In this document: in pieces, positions 1 to 9,504 of the stretch | How positions within the stretch are numbered: position 1 is the first letter of the stretch | Layout of the letters: every line of letters starts with the position of its first letter | DNA from: an uncultured Prolixibacteraceae bacterium | Lineage (GTDB): Bacteria; Bacteroidota; Bacteroidia; Bacteroidales; FEN-979 | Length of the DNA: 64,000 bases | Assembly (NCBI GenBank): GCA_964473485.1 | Contig: CAYYPH010000019.1 | Location: 2,668-66,667 of the forward strand | Direction of reading: 5' to 3' | Position numbers and translations under genes: made by a program | Notes under the pieces: model-generated | What the model saw: the letters and a program-made list of their open reading frames with translations, nothing else | The model's database searches: none | Told to the model about the DNA's origin: nothing

Positions 1-2
1 AC

Positions 3-977
3 CGGTGCCTCGCCACGATCTTTTCCGGGTTTGAAAAGGTCAGCGCCGGGCTTCCCCGGCCTGCCGACGCCATCAGCTTCGCCTTTCCGGGCCCGGCCGA
101 CTACGCCCTGGGGATCATCGGCGACCTCCCCAATTTCAGGGCCTTCAACGGCGGCGTTCCCCTGGGCCCCATGCTTGAAGAGCGTTTCGGGTTGCCGGTG
201 TTCATCAACAACGACGGGAACCTGTTCGCATACGGTGAAGCCCTGGCCGGTTTCCTTCCCGACCTGAACCGCCGGATCATCGAAAAAGGCGGCATCAAGC
301 AATTCCGCAACCTCGTCGGGCTCACCCTCGGCACAGGTTTCGGCTGCGGCATCGTGCTCAACAACATCCTGCTGGCCGGCGACAACTCGAACGACGCGGG
401 CATTCACAACACCTCCAACCTCTTCAACCCCGGCTGGAACGCCGAGGAGAGCGTCAGCACCCGTGCCATACAGCGGGTTTATTGCGAAGGTGCGATACTT
501 GATTCAACAACGCTGATGCCCAAAGACATTTACGATATCGCCAAAGGCGCCAAGGAAGGCAACCGCGAAGCAGCGCTCCGCTCCTTCAGGATTTTCGGTG
601 AAGCGCTGGGCAACTCGGTCGCCAACATGCTGACGCTGATCGACGGCATCGTGGTCATTGGCGGAGGACTGGCTGCGGCCTGGGACCTTTTTGCCCCCGC
701 CATGTTCAGGGAGATCGACAGGCAGTATGTGAATCCCGCCGGTGAAAAATTTTCAAGGGTCTCCGGGAAAGTATACAACCTGGAGGATGAACAGAACTTC
801 GGTGAATTTGCCCTCGGATCGGTCAGGTCGCTCCAACTCCCTTCATCCGGCAGGGTGATCGTTTACGATGAACTGCAGCGCAACGGGGTCGGGCTGTCGA
901 AACTCAGCGCCAGCCGGGCCATCGCCATAGGGGCAAACGCCTTTGCCGTTCAAAAACTGGGATCGGGAGGAAATTGA
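3..977 (+). CDS. ROK-family sugar kinase (glucokinase-like), 5' end cut by window edge
   Basis: Frame 3 is open from base 3. Translation ISFAFPGPADYALGIIGDLPNF...LPVFINNDGNLFAYGEA...GLTLGTGFGCGIV fits ROK kinases. Listed ORF 171..977 is only the part after an internal Met. Confidence 0.8.
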   Translation, partial: RCLATIFSGFEKVSAGLPRPADAISFAFPGPADYALGIIGDLPNFRAFNGGVPLGPMLEERFGLPVFINNDGNLFAYGEALAGFLPDLNRRIIEKGGIKQFRNLVGLTLGTGFGCGIVLNNILLAGDNSNDAGIHNTSNLFNPGWNAEESVSTRAIQRVYCEGAILDSTTLMPKDIYDIAKGAKEGNREAALRSFRIFGEALGNSVANMLTLIDGIVVIGGGLAAAWDLFAPAMFREIDRQYVNPAGEKFSRVSGKVYNLEDEQNFGEFALGSVRSLQLPSSGRVIVYDELQRNGVGLSKLSASRAIAIGANAFAVQKLGSGGN

Positions 978-1056
978 AAATTGAAAACGGAAAATTGAAA
1001 ACGGAATTTTGAATTTTGACATTTGACATTTGAATTTTGAATTTTGAATTTTGAAC
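972..1056. repeat. Mosaic tandem array: (GAAAATTGAAAACG)x2 then (TTTGAAT/TTTGACA)x7
   Basis: Read directly. It begins at the ROK stop codon (AAATTGA). It shares ATTGAAAATTGAAAACGGAAAA with 54931.. and TTTTGAATTTTGACATTTG with 35710.. and 60379... Confidence 0.9.
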
Positions 1057-1072
1057 TAATCCCCCAACGACC

Positions 1073-2200
1073 ATGACCGGAAAAATCCTTTTCACCTTCC
1101 TCCTGCTGCTGGCTGGCCTGTTTACAGATCCTGCCCTGGCCCAGGAGCCATCCCCTTCATCCAAAGTTCCTGAAGCGCCTTACGACCGAAAATTCATGAA
1201 GATGTTCGCACGCGACTGCTGCGGGGTGACCGGGGCCGACGGCGAATACTCCGTCCTCCTGCCCGACGGTCGCACGGTTTGGATCTTCGGCGATTCCTTC
1301 CTCGGGACTGTCAATCCCGACCGGTCGAGAGAAAAGAGAAAACCCTGGTTCATCCGTAACAGCATGGCCGTGCAGGAAGCCGACACCCTGCGTTCTCTGT
1401 ACCAGTTGATCGACGGGTGGGAATCCTCCCTGGTAATCCCTCCCAACGCCCCCAAAGGGAAGCAGTTCTCGGAGGATTCACTCTGGTACTGGCCTGGCGA
1501 CGGCTTTATCGAGGACGGCAAGCTAAAGGTCTTCATGACAGGATTTTACCAGGCCAAACCGGGCGACTGGGGATTTGCCTGGACCAGCGCCAACATCGCC
1601 ACATTTTCGCTACCGGAGATCAAACTCGAACGGATCGACCATTTCAATTACCCCGGTCAACTTGAAATCCACTGGGGGCATGCGGTGTGCGACGGTGACG
1701 AAAAACACACCTACATTTACGGCGCTGAAGATAAGAGCAAGAACCTTTACGTGGCCCGGGCCCCCAAGGGAAACATCCTCGCCCCCTGGGAATTCTTTGA
1801 CGGCCGTGAATGGGTCAAGGATTCAAAACTGTCAAAACCCATGTTAGCCATCCAGGGATCGGAACAATTCAGTGTCTTTAAATTGAACGACAAATATGTC
1901 CTGGTGGTCCAGGAAGGCGGCTTCATGACCGGTGAGGTGGTTTCCTACATCTCCGATTTGCCGTGGACCGGGTGGAAGAACCGCAAAATCCTCTGCCATA
2001 CACGCCTGCCGGATGATGTGGCATCCACGGCCAACCTTTTTGCCTATAACAGCCTGGCACACCCCCAGTTCATCGAAAACGGACAGCTGCTGATCTCTTC
2101 CTGCATCAACAGTTTTGTGGTCGAGGATGTCTTCAGGGATGCCAGCAAGTACCGGCCGGTTTTCCTGAGAGTGCCGGTCAGCAGGATTTTTACGGAATAA
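1073..2200 (+). CDS. Secreted DUF4185-like protein (putative glycoside hydrolase fold), no T9SS tail
   Basis: Signal peptide MTGKILFTFLLLLAGLFTDPALAQ. Motifs DGRTVWIFGDSFLG and YRPVFLRVPV are shared with the paralog at 3687..5102. The family name is recalled from motif only. Confidence 0.55.
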   Translation: MTGKILFTFLLLLAGLFTDPALAQEPSPSSKVPEAPYDRKFMKMFARDCCGVTGADGEYSVLLPDGRTVWIFGDSFLGTVNPDRSREKRKPWFIRNSMAVQEADTLRSLYQLIDGWESSLVIPPNAPKGKQFSEDSLWYWPGDGFIEDGKLKVFMTGFYQAKPGDWGFAWTSANIATFSLPEIKLERIDHFNYPGQLEIHWGHAVCDGDEKHTYIYGAEDKSKNLYVARAPKGNILAPWEFFDGREWVKDSKLSKPMLAIQGSEQFSVFKLNDKYVLVVQEGGFMTGEVVSYISDLPWTGWKNRKILCHTRLPDDVASTANLFAYNSLAHPQFIENGQLLISSCINSFVVEDVFRDASKYRPVFLRVPVSRIFTE

Positions 2201-2279
2201 CTATGTTATCAGAAATGTCAGGGATTGACGCCTCAGTTGAACCCGCCCGGTTCTCCATCGTCAAACACAACCTTTGGAA

Positions 2280-2768
2280 ATGATAATACCACTTCACATC
2301 AGCCTTCGAGGAGTTACCATTGTTTCCATAATAATTTTAGGATTGGGCATATTTGTAATTGTTAATAACTCGAGGGAAAAATCAGATTACAACAAGTCTG
2401 CAGGGACAATCGAGTATTTTGATCGAGAATTTCAGAATCTACCGACAAGGCACAAGGGAGACTTCAGATACCTGAAAATCGACAGTTACTCCTATATATT
2501 TGAAATATACAAGCCTAATAGCGAACATACAGACAAATCAATTGACGATTTAAAGGTTGGAGACTATATTGAAATTTACTATTATGAGACAGCAGATACA
2601 AAAAGTAGTGGTCTCAATCGGTTCATCCAATTCATTGACTGCAAGGGACAACCTTATTTCATCAGAAGTGGTTTTCAAAAGCAACTTGGTTTTGCGCTCA
2701 TAGGACTGTCCTTATTGATAATCCTGTTGGCTTACATACTCTGGAAAAAAGGCAAGTTGCGTTTCTAG
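2280..2768 (+). CDS. Small membrane protein with N- and C-terminal TM helices (DUF3592-like topology), orphan
   Basis: ORF track 2274..2768 begins at TTG; the first ATG is 2280. Hydrophobic segments VTIVSIIILGLGIFVIV and FALIGLSLLIILLAYILW. The gene sits in a markedly AT-rich islet. Confidence 0.5.
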   Translation: MIIPLHISLRGVTIVSIIILGLGIFVIVNNSREKSDYNKSAGTIEYFDREFQNLPTRHKGDFRYLKIDSYSYIFEIYKPNSEHTDKSIDDLKVGDYIEIYYYETADTKSSGLNRFIQFIDCKGQPYFIRSGFQKQLGFALIGLSLLIILLAYILWKKGKLRF

Positions 2769-2824
2769 AACAATAGTCTGTTCTTACTGAAGATTGAATA
2801 TTGACACCTTACGAAAATTATCCT

Positions 2825-3631
2825 ATGCCACGTTTTATTTACATTCTTGCGCTGCTGGTCACCATCAGCTCAAGTCCCAGGGCCCAGCAACAGCACGTCC
2901 TGAAGTCGACCCACCTTGCAGTCGCCGACACGGTGTGGGTTTTCACTCCGTCCGATTACGGCAAGGACCCGGCACAACGGTTTCCGCTGGTTTACCTGCT
3001 GCACGGCTGGATGGGATCCTATCACCAGTGGAACGACATCACCTCCTGCCAGTCGTTGGCCGACCAGTACGGGTTTATCCTTGCCTGTCCCGACGGGCTG
3101 ACCGACTCCTGGTATATCAACAGCCCGGCGATCCATGAAAGCCAGTATGCCGATTTCTTCTTTTTCGACCTGGTTCCCTTCATGGCAAAGAACTACCGCA
3201 CCGATCCGGACAATGTCTTCATCACCGGGCTGAGCATGGGAGGCCACGGCGCCCTCTACCTCTTTGCCCGGGAACCCGGCCTCTTCAGGAGTGCGGGAAG
3301 CCTCAGCGGGGTGACCGACCTTGGCTTCTGCTGGAACGAATACGGGATCAGCCGGCAGCTGGGGATCCGTGACAGGGAATCCGGAAGCCAGCTTTTGAAA
3401 ACTTTCTCGGTGACGGGGAACCTGGATAAAATTGCCGGATCGGGAAAGAAGATCTTTTTCTCCTGCGGCAGCTCCGACCGTTTTTATGAACTCAACAACC
3501 GGTTCAAACGCCTGTGCGACGAGCACAGGATCGATGCGACCTACCTCATCAGCCCGGGTGGCCACGATTATCCCTACTGGAGATCAGCCATCGGGGCTCA
3601 CCTCGACTTTTTCACGAAGATGGTCAAATAG
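2825..3631 (+). CDS. Putative esterase (esterase D / PF00756-like alpha/beta hydrolase)
   Basis: Signal peptide MPRFIYILALLVTISSSPRAQQ starts from the ATG at 2825. Has LLHGWMGSYHQW and the nucleophile elbow GLSMGGHGA. The longer antisense ORF 2870..3565 has no recognisable motifs. Confidence 0.75.
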   Translation: MPRFIYILALLVTISSSPRAQQQHVLKSTHLAVADTVWVFTPSDYGKDPAQRFPLVYLLHGWMGSYHQWNDITSCQSLADQYGFILACPDGLTDSWYINSPAIHESQYADFFFFDLVPFMAKNYRTDPDNVFITGLSMGGHGALYLFAREPGLFRSAGSLSGVTDLGFCWNEYGISRQLGIRDRESGSQLLKTFSVTGNLDKIAGSGKKIFFSCGSSDRFYELNNRFKRLCDEHRIDATYLISPGGHDYPYWRSAIGAHLDFFTKMVK

Positions 3632-3686
3632 CCAGGTCCATCCCGGATGATCCGGTCATAAAAACAGCATGCCGGGAGCCTGGTGA

Positions 3687-5102
3687 CTATTCGACCACCA
3701 GTTTGATCGCCTTGCTGCAGCCGGAATCACCGGTGAATTCAAGAAAATAGATGCCGCTCTGGAGTGGGGCGGTCAGATGCAGCGCACCATTCGCCGGCGG
3801 AAGGTCAAGCGCCCTGGCATCGAGGGTCCTTCCGGAAACATCCGTGATCCTGAGCTTACCCGTCCAGGCCCTTTCCGCATTCAACTCCACCCTGAAGGTA
3901 TCGCCCCGGCCAACCGGCTGCGGGACCATCCTTACATCCATGCAACCGCCGACAGGCTGGCTCTGTGACGGACCACCCGAGGTGATCAGCCCCACGGGGA
4001 CGCGGATGAACTTGGGCCGGTACGTGTCGGCATCGAGCCGGTCGGTCCAGATATCCTTGCATTGCGAAGGACAAACGTGAGGCGCCAGGGTATCCACCCG
4101 GTCGTTCACGTTATAGCAGACGAGAAGTTCATCGTTCTCAATATTCCAGGGATGAGCCTGGGCGTTGTAGGTGAGCAGGTATTCCCCGTTGAATTTGCTC
4201 TCCTCGGTGTAAAGCAGGGTTTTCCCGGTAAAGGGGCCCCACGGATGATCGCCGGAATAGGAATAGATCTCACGGCCAAGACCGCACTCCAGGTAGCCGT
4301 TCTCCTGGGTGACCAGGTAATACCTGCTGTTGCGCTTGAAAACACTGAAACCCGGCGATACCGGGTCGTTGCAGATCTTTTGGGCCTGTACCGGATTGGC
4401 CGACCACCCGGTGCCGGTATAAAATTCCCAGGGCAGGAACGGGTTGGAGAGGTCGCACCGGGCCAGCACCGGTTCCCATACGATCCAGTTCAGCTTGTTC
4501 CCGTAGATATAAAGCCGGTTCTCAGCGCTGTCGACCAGCACGGCCCGTCCCATGAAATGGTCGGTCCCCACCTGGATCACTTGCTGCATCGGCACCTGGT
4601 GCAGTTCAGGATAGGTAAGCCGGGCGATATAGCAACCCTCGTAATCGAGGTTTGAGCTTTTGTAGCGTTCCTGGAAAATGTAAACCGTGTCGTTGTAAAC
4701 ATAGCCGTGCCCGGGCCAGAAAATGGAGGTATCGTTCGGCCGCAGTTTGAAGGTGGTCCGGTTGACCCCGGTCTGGGTGGTGTCGAGGATGGTCCTGAAT
4801 ACGGCAGGGTTAACGGAATCCTGCACCATGAAACAGTTACGCACCTGGAACAGGCAGGGCAGGGTGTTGTTCGTGGTGTTCACGTTTACCGTGTAACTGT
4901 CGCCGAAAAGCCAAATCACCCGGCCGTCGGGCAGCGGCACCGAGATGGTTGCATCGCCGGCGGTCCATCCGCCGCTGTTGAGCCTGAAATAGCCGGTGTA
5001 CACGCTGTCGAACCGCGCTTCGCCCATGGGTTGTGCAAAACAGTTCAATGAGATCACCAGCAGGATGGTCAGTAATACGGGTAGCTTTTTCTGCATTTTC
5101 AT
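3687..5102 (-). CDS. DUF4185-like secreted protein with T9SS C-terminal sorting domain
   Basis: The start is trimmed to MKMQKKLPVLLTILLVISLNCFAQP (signal peptide). DGRVIWLFGDSYTV and YRPKFIRVPV are paralogous to 1073..2200. The C-terminus ...LQSGIYFLEFTGDSGCSKAIKLVVE is Por-tail-like. Confidence 0.6.
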   Translation of the reverse strand: MKMQKKLPVLLTILLVISLNCFAQPMGEARFDSVYTGYFRLNSGGWTAGDATISVPLPDGRVIWLFGDSYTVNVNTTNNTLPCLFQVRNCFMVQDSVNPAVFRTILDTTQTGVNRTTFKLRPNDTSIFWPGHGYVYNDTVYIFQERYKSSNLDYEGCYIARLTYPELHQVPMQQVIQVGTDHFMGRAVLVDSAENRLYIYGNKLNWIVWEPVLARCDLSNPFLPWEFYTGTGWSANPVQAQKICNDPVSPGFSVFKRNSRYYLVTQENGYLECGLGREIYSYSGDHPWGPFTGKTLLYTEESKFNGEYLLTYNAQAHPWNIENDELLVCYNVNDRVDTLAPHVCPSQCKDIWTDRLDADTYRPKFIRVPVGLITSGGPSQSQPVGGCMDVRMVPQPVGRGDTFRVELNAERAWTGKLRITDVSGRTLDARALDLPPANGALHLTAPLQSGIYFLEFTGDSGCSKAIKLVVE

Positions 5103-5143
5103 ACGTTGAGAAACAGGGGTTAAATGTACAAGTTCCATTGATT

Positions 5144-6304
5144 CTATTTGATAATCTTCCCTTCCCACAGTTCGGAAAGAAATTTCCGGTAAGGTATGAT
5201 CCGGATATGCTCATGGATTCTTTCCGTTCTTTCATTGCATACAACAATTGTTTTTGAGTTCGGAAACTCCTTTGCAAAAACTGAAAGGGGATAAAGATCC
5301 TTATTTTCCAAACGACTTGTTCCTTTGACCTCTATGGCAAGCTCTCCGTTTCCCAGTATAAAATCCACCTCAAGTCCCGATTTGGTTCTCCAGAAATTGA
5401 TATCATAATACAATTCCTGATAGGAGCTGTAAGCCATCAATTCCATCAATATAAAGTGCTCAAAAGCCTTTCCGAATAATTCACCCTTTTCTTCTGTAAG
5501 GTGCCTTTTTGTGATTGCGCCGGCAACCCCCACATCAAACAAATAAAATTTAGGTGACTTACTGATGACCTGCCTGTTTTGCCTTTTTTTAAAGGGTTCT
5601 ATCATCTTACCCATCAGTGTGTCAACAAGTATCTGATAATACTCCCTTACGGTCTTGGAGTCGACCCCGCAATCACGCGCAATATTTGAATAATTCACCA
5701 GTTCCCCGTGGGAATATCCCATGGCATCAAAAAATCTTGAAAATGCCGGGATGTTACGGATAATCCCCTCGGCAAAGACCTCTTCCTTCAGGTAATCCTG
5801 AGTGTACGCCCGCAACGAACGCGAATGGTTTTCATCGAGATAGTGGCTGGGTATCAATCCGCGGTTCAAAATTGTTAACAGGTCATAATCCTTCATTTCA
5901 GGAGTGGATAACGGGAACATTTCAAAGCGCCACGCACGTCCGCCCAAAAGGTTTGCACCTCCTCTTTTCAATTTCCTGGCGCTCGATCCGCATAAAATGA
6001 ACCTGATTCCCTTGTTTTCAATCAACCAGTGAACCTCATCCATGATCTGTGGAATTTTCTGAACTTCATCCAGTATGACCGGCTGAGACAACGATGTTTG
6101 ATCTTTGGCAAGCAGTTGCTCCCTTAGCAGGGAAGGTTTCTTGGAAAATTCCAAAAAAAGATCTGTTTCCAGAAAATCATAAATGATGCTACCCGGAAAC
6201 CTGGATCTCAAATAGGTAGTCTTCCCCGTTTTTCTTGGTCCCCATAAAAACGCAGACTGCTTTTCAGGCAACTCAAGGTTTAATAATCGTTTCAAAATTT
6301 GCAT
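5144..6304 (-). CDS. AAA-family ATPase with DUF4143 (AAA_14/DUF4143 type)
   Basis: Walker A GPRKTGKTT, Walker B-like VILDEVQ, and a C-terminal DUF4143-like region (YLFDVGVAG). The gene is AT-rich relative to its neighbours. Confidence 0.8.
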   Translation of the reverse strand: MQILKRLLNLELPEKQSAFLWGPRKTGKTTYLRSRFPGSIIYDFLETDLFLEFSKKPSLLREQLLAKDQTSLSQPVILDEVQKIPQIMDEVHWLIENKGIRFILCGSSARKLKRGGANLLGGRAWRFEMFPLSTPEMKDYDLLTILNRGLIPSHYLDENHSRSLRAYTQDYLKEEVFAEGIIRNIPAFSRFFDAMGYSHGELVNYSNIARDCGVDSKTVREYYQILVDTLMGKMIEPFKKRQNRQVISKSPKFYLFDVGVAGAITKRHLTEEKGELFGKAFEHFILMELMAYSSYQELYYDINFWRTKSGLEVDFILGNGELAIEVKGTSRLENKDLYPLSVFAKEFPNSKTIVVCNERTERIHEHIRIIPYRKFLSELWEGKIIK

Positions 6305-6477
6305 AACGCCCCAAATTAGTTTAACTTTTTCGGAATCATACGCAAAAATAGCAAAATTCTATTTGTTTTTTCCTGAACAAGAAACTTATTATCAACTGAC
6401 ATGGATAAGCATTATGACAAAGAGGTCTATGGTCTCTACAGTCCATGACATCTTGCGCTGACCGGAAGCATCTGCCT

Positions 6478-6530
6478 GTAAAATACGACGAAATGCGTAT
6501 TGACCGGCCAGTTAGAGGGTAATACCTTTG
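6478..6530 (+). promoter_or_regulatory. Box A operator-promoter, copy 1 (upstream of beta-helix/HK1)
   Basis: GTAAAATACGACGAAATGCGTATTGAC contains the dyad AATACG-N8-CGTATT. It is followed after 18 nt by TACCTTTG (TAnnTTTG -7 box) at 6523, with the ATG at 6556. Confidence 0.55.
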
Positions 6531-6555
6531 GTACAGAAATTAAATCACCTGATCC

Positions 6556-9417
6556 ATGAAAACCATTCTGATGGTTGCCGTTATTGGCCTGTTGGCCGCA
6601 GCAACACAGGCTCAGATCATCCACATTCCCGATGATTATCCCACCATCCAGCAAGGGATCGATGCTACAAATAATGGGGATACCGTTCTTGTATCACCCG
6701 GAACCTATGTTGAAGGCATCTCTTTTAACGGGAAGAATATTACCGTTGCCTCTCTGGTCCTGACTACCCAGGATACCTCATACATTTCCAGGACCATCAT
6801 CGACGGCAACCAGTATGGCTTTGTTGTTGCATTCTGGCAGGAGGAAGATATTACGGCAATCCTTTGCGGATTCACCATTAAAAATGGAAATGGCGGGATT
6901 TATTGTGACCATTCCAGCCCTACCCTGTGCAACCTGATCATCAGGGAAAATTCGACTCCTGTGGGTGGTTGGGGACCTTCGCCGGGTGGTGCAGGTATAA
7001 GTTGCATCAATGCAAATCCAGTGATTAAAGATGTCATCATTACAAATAATACGTGTTCGGTTTTCGGAGGTGGGATGTCCTGCAGGCAAAACTCCTATCC
7101 TTTTCTGTCAAACATAACCATCAAGCATAACACATCTCATTCACAGGGGGGAGGGATCTTTTGCAGTGGATCCGCCCCTGTTTTTGATACCCTGAACCGT
7201 TGCAATATTTTTAATAATAGCGCATTGGAAGGGAATGACCTCTATACCGACACGTTGCTGGCTGTTACTGTAGATACCTTTAGCGTTGGGAATCCCACCG
7301 ACTTCCATGCTGCCCCTATTGCCGACTTTTCGTTCAAAATCCTGCACGGAAGGTCGGTTCAGGTAAATGCCGACCTCTATGTATCGCCCGGAGGGGATGA
7401 CAATAACAGCGGCCTTACTGCTGCAGATCCACTTAAGTCGGTTCAGTATGCCTTTTCAATCATCCGGGCCGATAGCCTGAACCGGAACACGGTCCGCCTG
7501 CTCGAAGGAATATATACTCCTTTTTCCTGTCCCGGTCTTTTTCCTCTGGACGTTCCGGATTATATTGATTTGAAAGGTGTCTCCAGAACAGCAGTCATCC
7601 TTGATGCCAAAGACGCTTCAAGGGTTCTCCAGGTAATGGACAATACATCCAATCATATTTCAGGCATGACCATTACCGGAGGATATATTTTGGGTTGCGG
7701 CGGGGGTGGGATCCTCTGCGATCAATCAAAACCCGTTTTCGAAGATTTGATTATAACCGGGAATACGGCCCAGGCAGGAGGCATCGGGATGAATATTTGC
7801 GGTATAGGTGGAGGAGGGATTCTTTGCCTTGACTCCGATCCTATTTTCAAGGATGTGATCGTTACCGGGAATTATTCTTTCATGGAAGTTGATGGATCCA
7901 CCGGTTTATTTGGAGGCCATGGAGGAGGATTGTATTTTAAAAATTCAACCCCCTTATTGCAAAATGTAACAGTAACTGCCAATGGAGCCTCATATCATGG
8001 CGGGGGCATCAGTTTCATGGGATCAGAACCACGGTTCGACTCCATCAATCGTTGTAACATATACGGCAACGTGGCATCAGGTCATCCTGGTCAGTTTGGC
8101 GGCAGCGACCTCTATGCCGATACCTTCATTGAACTTGTTGTAGATACTTTTACAGTAAGCGTTCCCAATGCGTTTCATGCACTCCCGCTAAGCAACTTCT
8201 CCTTCGACATTATCCATGGGTTACATCAGCAAATCAGCGCCAACCTCTATATTTCACCCTGGGGAGATAACCGGAACAGCGGATTGACACCGGGTGAACC
8301 CCTCAGGAACATCCAATGCGCGTTCTCTTTCATGCAATCCGACAGTCTGAATCCGCGTACGATCCATCTGCTTGAAGGCACTTACAGCAGGATGAACAGC
8401 GGGGAATTTTACCCGCTCAGGCTCCCCGGATATACCAGTATCGAAGGGATCTCTCAACAATCGGTCATCCTGGATGCCGACAGTACAAAATATGAGGCCA
8501 TTCAACTTATAAACAGTCCGGGTGTTCGTATTACAGGGATAACAATTAATGGTGGGTCGCATCATATCGGAAGCTCCACGGGTATAACCTCTTACAATGC
8601 AAATCCTTCCATCCGGGATGTCATTTTTTCAAACAATACCCTTGGAATAAACTGCTTATTTTCAGATCTGGCCCTTGAAAACGTGATCATTTCCAGCGAT
8701 GATGCTTCAAACGGGGGAAGTGGTATTTATTGTGGCTATTTTCCTTCCTCAGATAAAATCAGCCTGAAAAATGTTACAATGGTCAATGCAAGGCCTACCA
8801 GCGGTTATGCCATTTCCGGTGCGGGAGCAAATACCATGATCGTGAATTCCATTCTCAGGAATCACATTCCCTATGAAATCATTGGAGGCACTCCTGTTGT
8901 CAATTATTCGAATGTAGAGGGAGGGTGGCCGGGAGAAGGCAATATAGATGCCGACCCTCTTTTTGATACAACTGGCATCTATCCATTGGCATTAAGAAAC
9001 GGGTCTCCCTGCATCAATGCCGGCACGCCTGATACAACAGGTTATAATTTCCCGCTTACTGACCTTGCAGGAAATCCAAGAATATGGGGAGGAAGAATTG
9101 ATATGGGGGCGTATGAGTGGAATAATGTGGGGAGTGCAGAAATTCGATTTCCGAATTATGAATTACAAGTAAAGAATTTTCCGAACCCAACAAGTCAATC
9201 AACCTCTATCTCTTATAACCTCAAAGAATCAGGGAATGTGACAATCCGGGTGTTCGACAGCTACGGACAGTTCGTTGAAAAACCTTTGAGCGCTCATCAG
9301 GCAAAGGGCGAGCAGCAAGTGCCCTGGGATGCCGGGAACCTGCCGGCAGGGATATATTTCTATCGGATACAGGCCGGGAGGGAAGTGGGAGGAGGAAAGA
9401 TACTGTTAGTGAAATGA
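6556..9417 (+). CDS. Secreted right-handed beta-helix repeat protein with T9SS C-terminal sorting domain
   Basis: Signal peptide MKTILMVAVIGLLAAATQAQ and repeated N-x-G-G-G-I beta-helix turns. Has the DADPLF...GSPCINAG...GNPR...DMGAYE module and the tail FPNPTSQSTSISY...LPAGIYFYRIQ...KILLVK. Confidence 0.75.
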   Translation: MKTILMVAVIGLLAAATQAQIIHIPDDYPTIQQGIDATNNGDTVLVSPGTYVEGISFNGKNITVASLVLTTQDTSYISRTIIDGNQYGFVVAFWQEEDITAILCGFTIKNGNGGIYCDHSSPTLCNLIIRENSTPVGGWGPSPGGAGISCINANPVIKDVIITNNTCSVFGGGMSCRQNSYPFLSNITIKHNTSHSQGGGIFCSGSAPVFDTLNRCNIFNNSALEGNDLYTDTLLAVTVDTFSVGNPTDFHAAPIADFSFKILHGRSVQVNADLYVSPGGDDNNSGLTAADPLKSVQYAFSIIRADSLNRNTVRLLEGIYTPFSCPGLFPLDVPDYIDLKGVSRTAVILDAKDASRVLQVMDNTSNHISGMTITGGYILGCGGGGILCDQSKPVFEDLIITGNTAQAGGIGMNICGIGGGGILCLDSDPIFKDVIVTGNYSFMEVDGSTGLFGGHGGGLYFKNSTPLLQNVTVTANGASYHGGGISFMGSEPRFDSINRCNIYGNVASGHPGQFGGSDLYADTFIELVVDTFTVSVPNAFHALPLSNFSFDIIHGLHQQISANLYISPWGDNRNSGLTPGEPLRNIQCAFSFMQSDSLNPRTIHLLEGTYSRMNSGEFYPLRLPGYTSIEGISQQSVILDADSTKYEAIQLINSPGVRITGITINGGSHHIGSSTGITSYNANPSIRDVIFSNNTLGINCLFSDLALENVIISSDDASNGGSGIYCGYFPSSDKISLKNVTMVNARPTSGYAISGAGANTMIVNSILRNHIPYEIIGGTPVVNYSNVEGGWPGEGNIDADPLFDTTGIYPLALRNGSPCINAGTPDTTGYNFPLTDLAGNPRIWGGRIDMGAYEWNNVGSAEIRFPNYELQVKNFPNPTSQSTSISYNLKESGNVTIRVFDSYGQFVEKPLSAHQAKGEQQVPWDAGNLPAGIYFYRIQAGREVGGGKILLVK

Positions 9418-9504
9418 GTTCCCAGTTTCATCAAGAAATTTTCTGACAGAAGGGTGACCGCCTCTAAAATCGACCTATCTTTATATCGCTATTCCCTTCT
9501 TTTC

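Noticed and set aside
5144-6304. AAA/DUF4143 ATPase as a phage-defence system
   Set aside because: It is a single gene with no nuclease, methylase or other partner. The evidence is insufficient to call a defence system.
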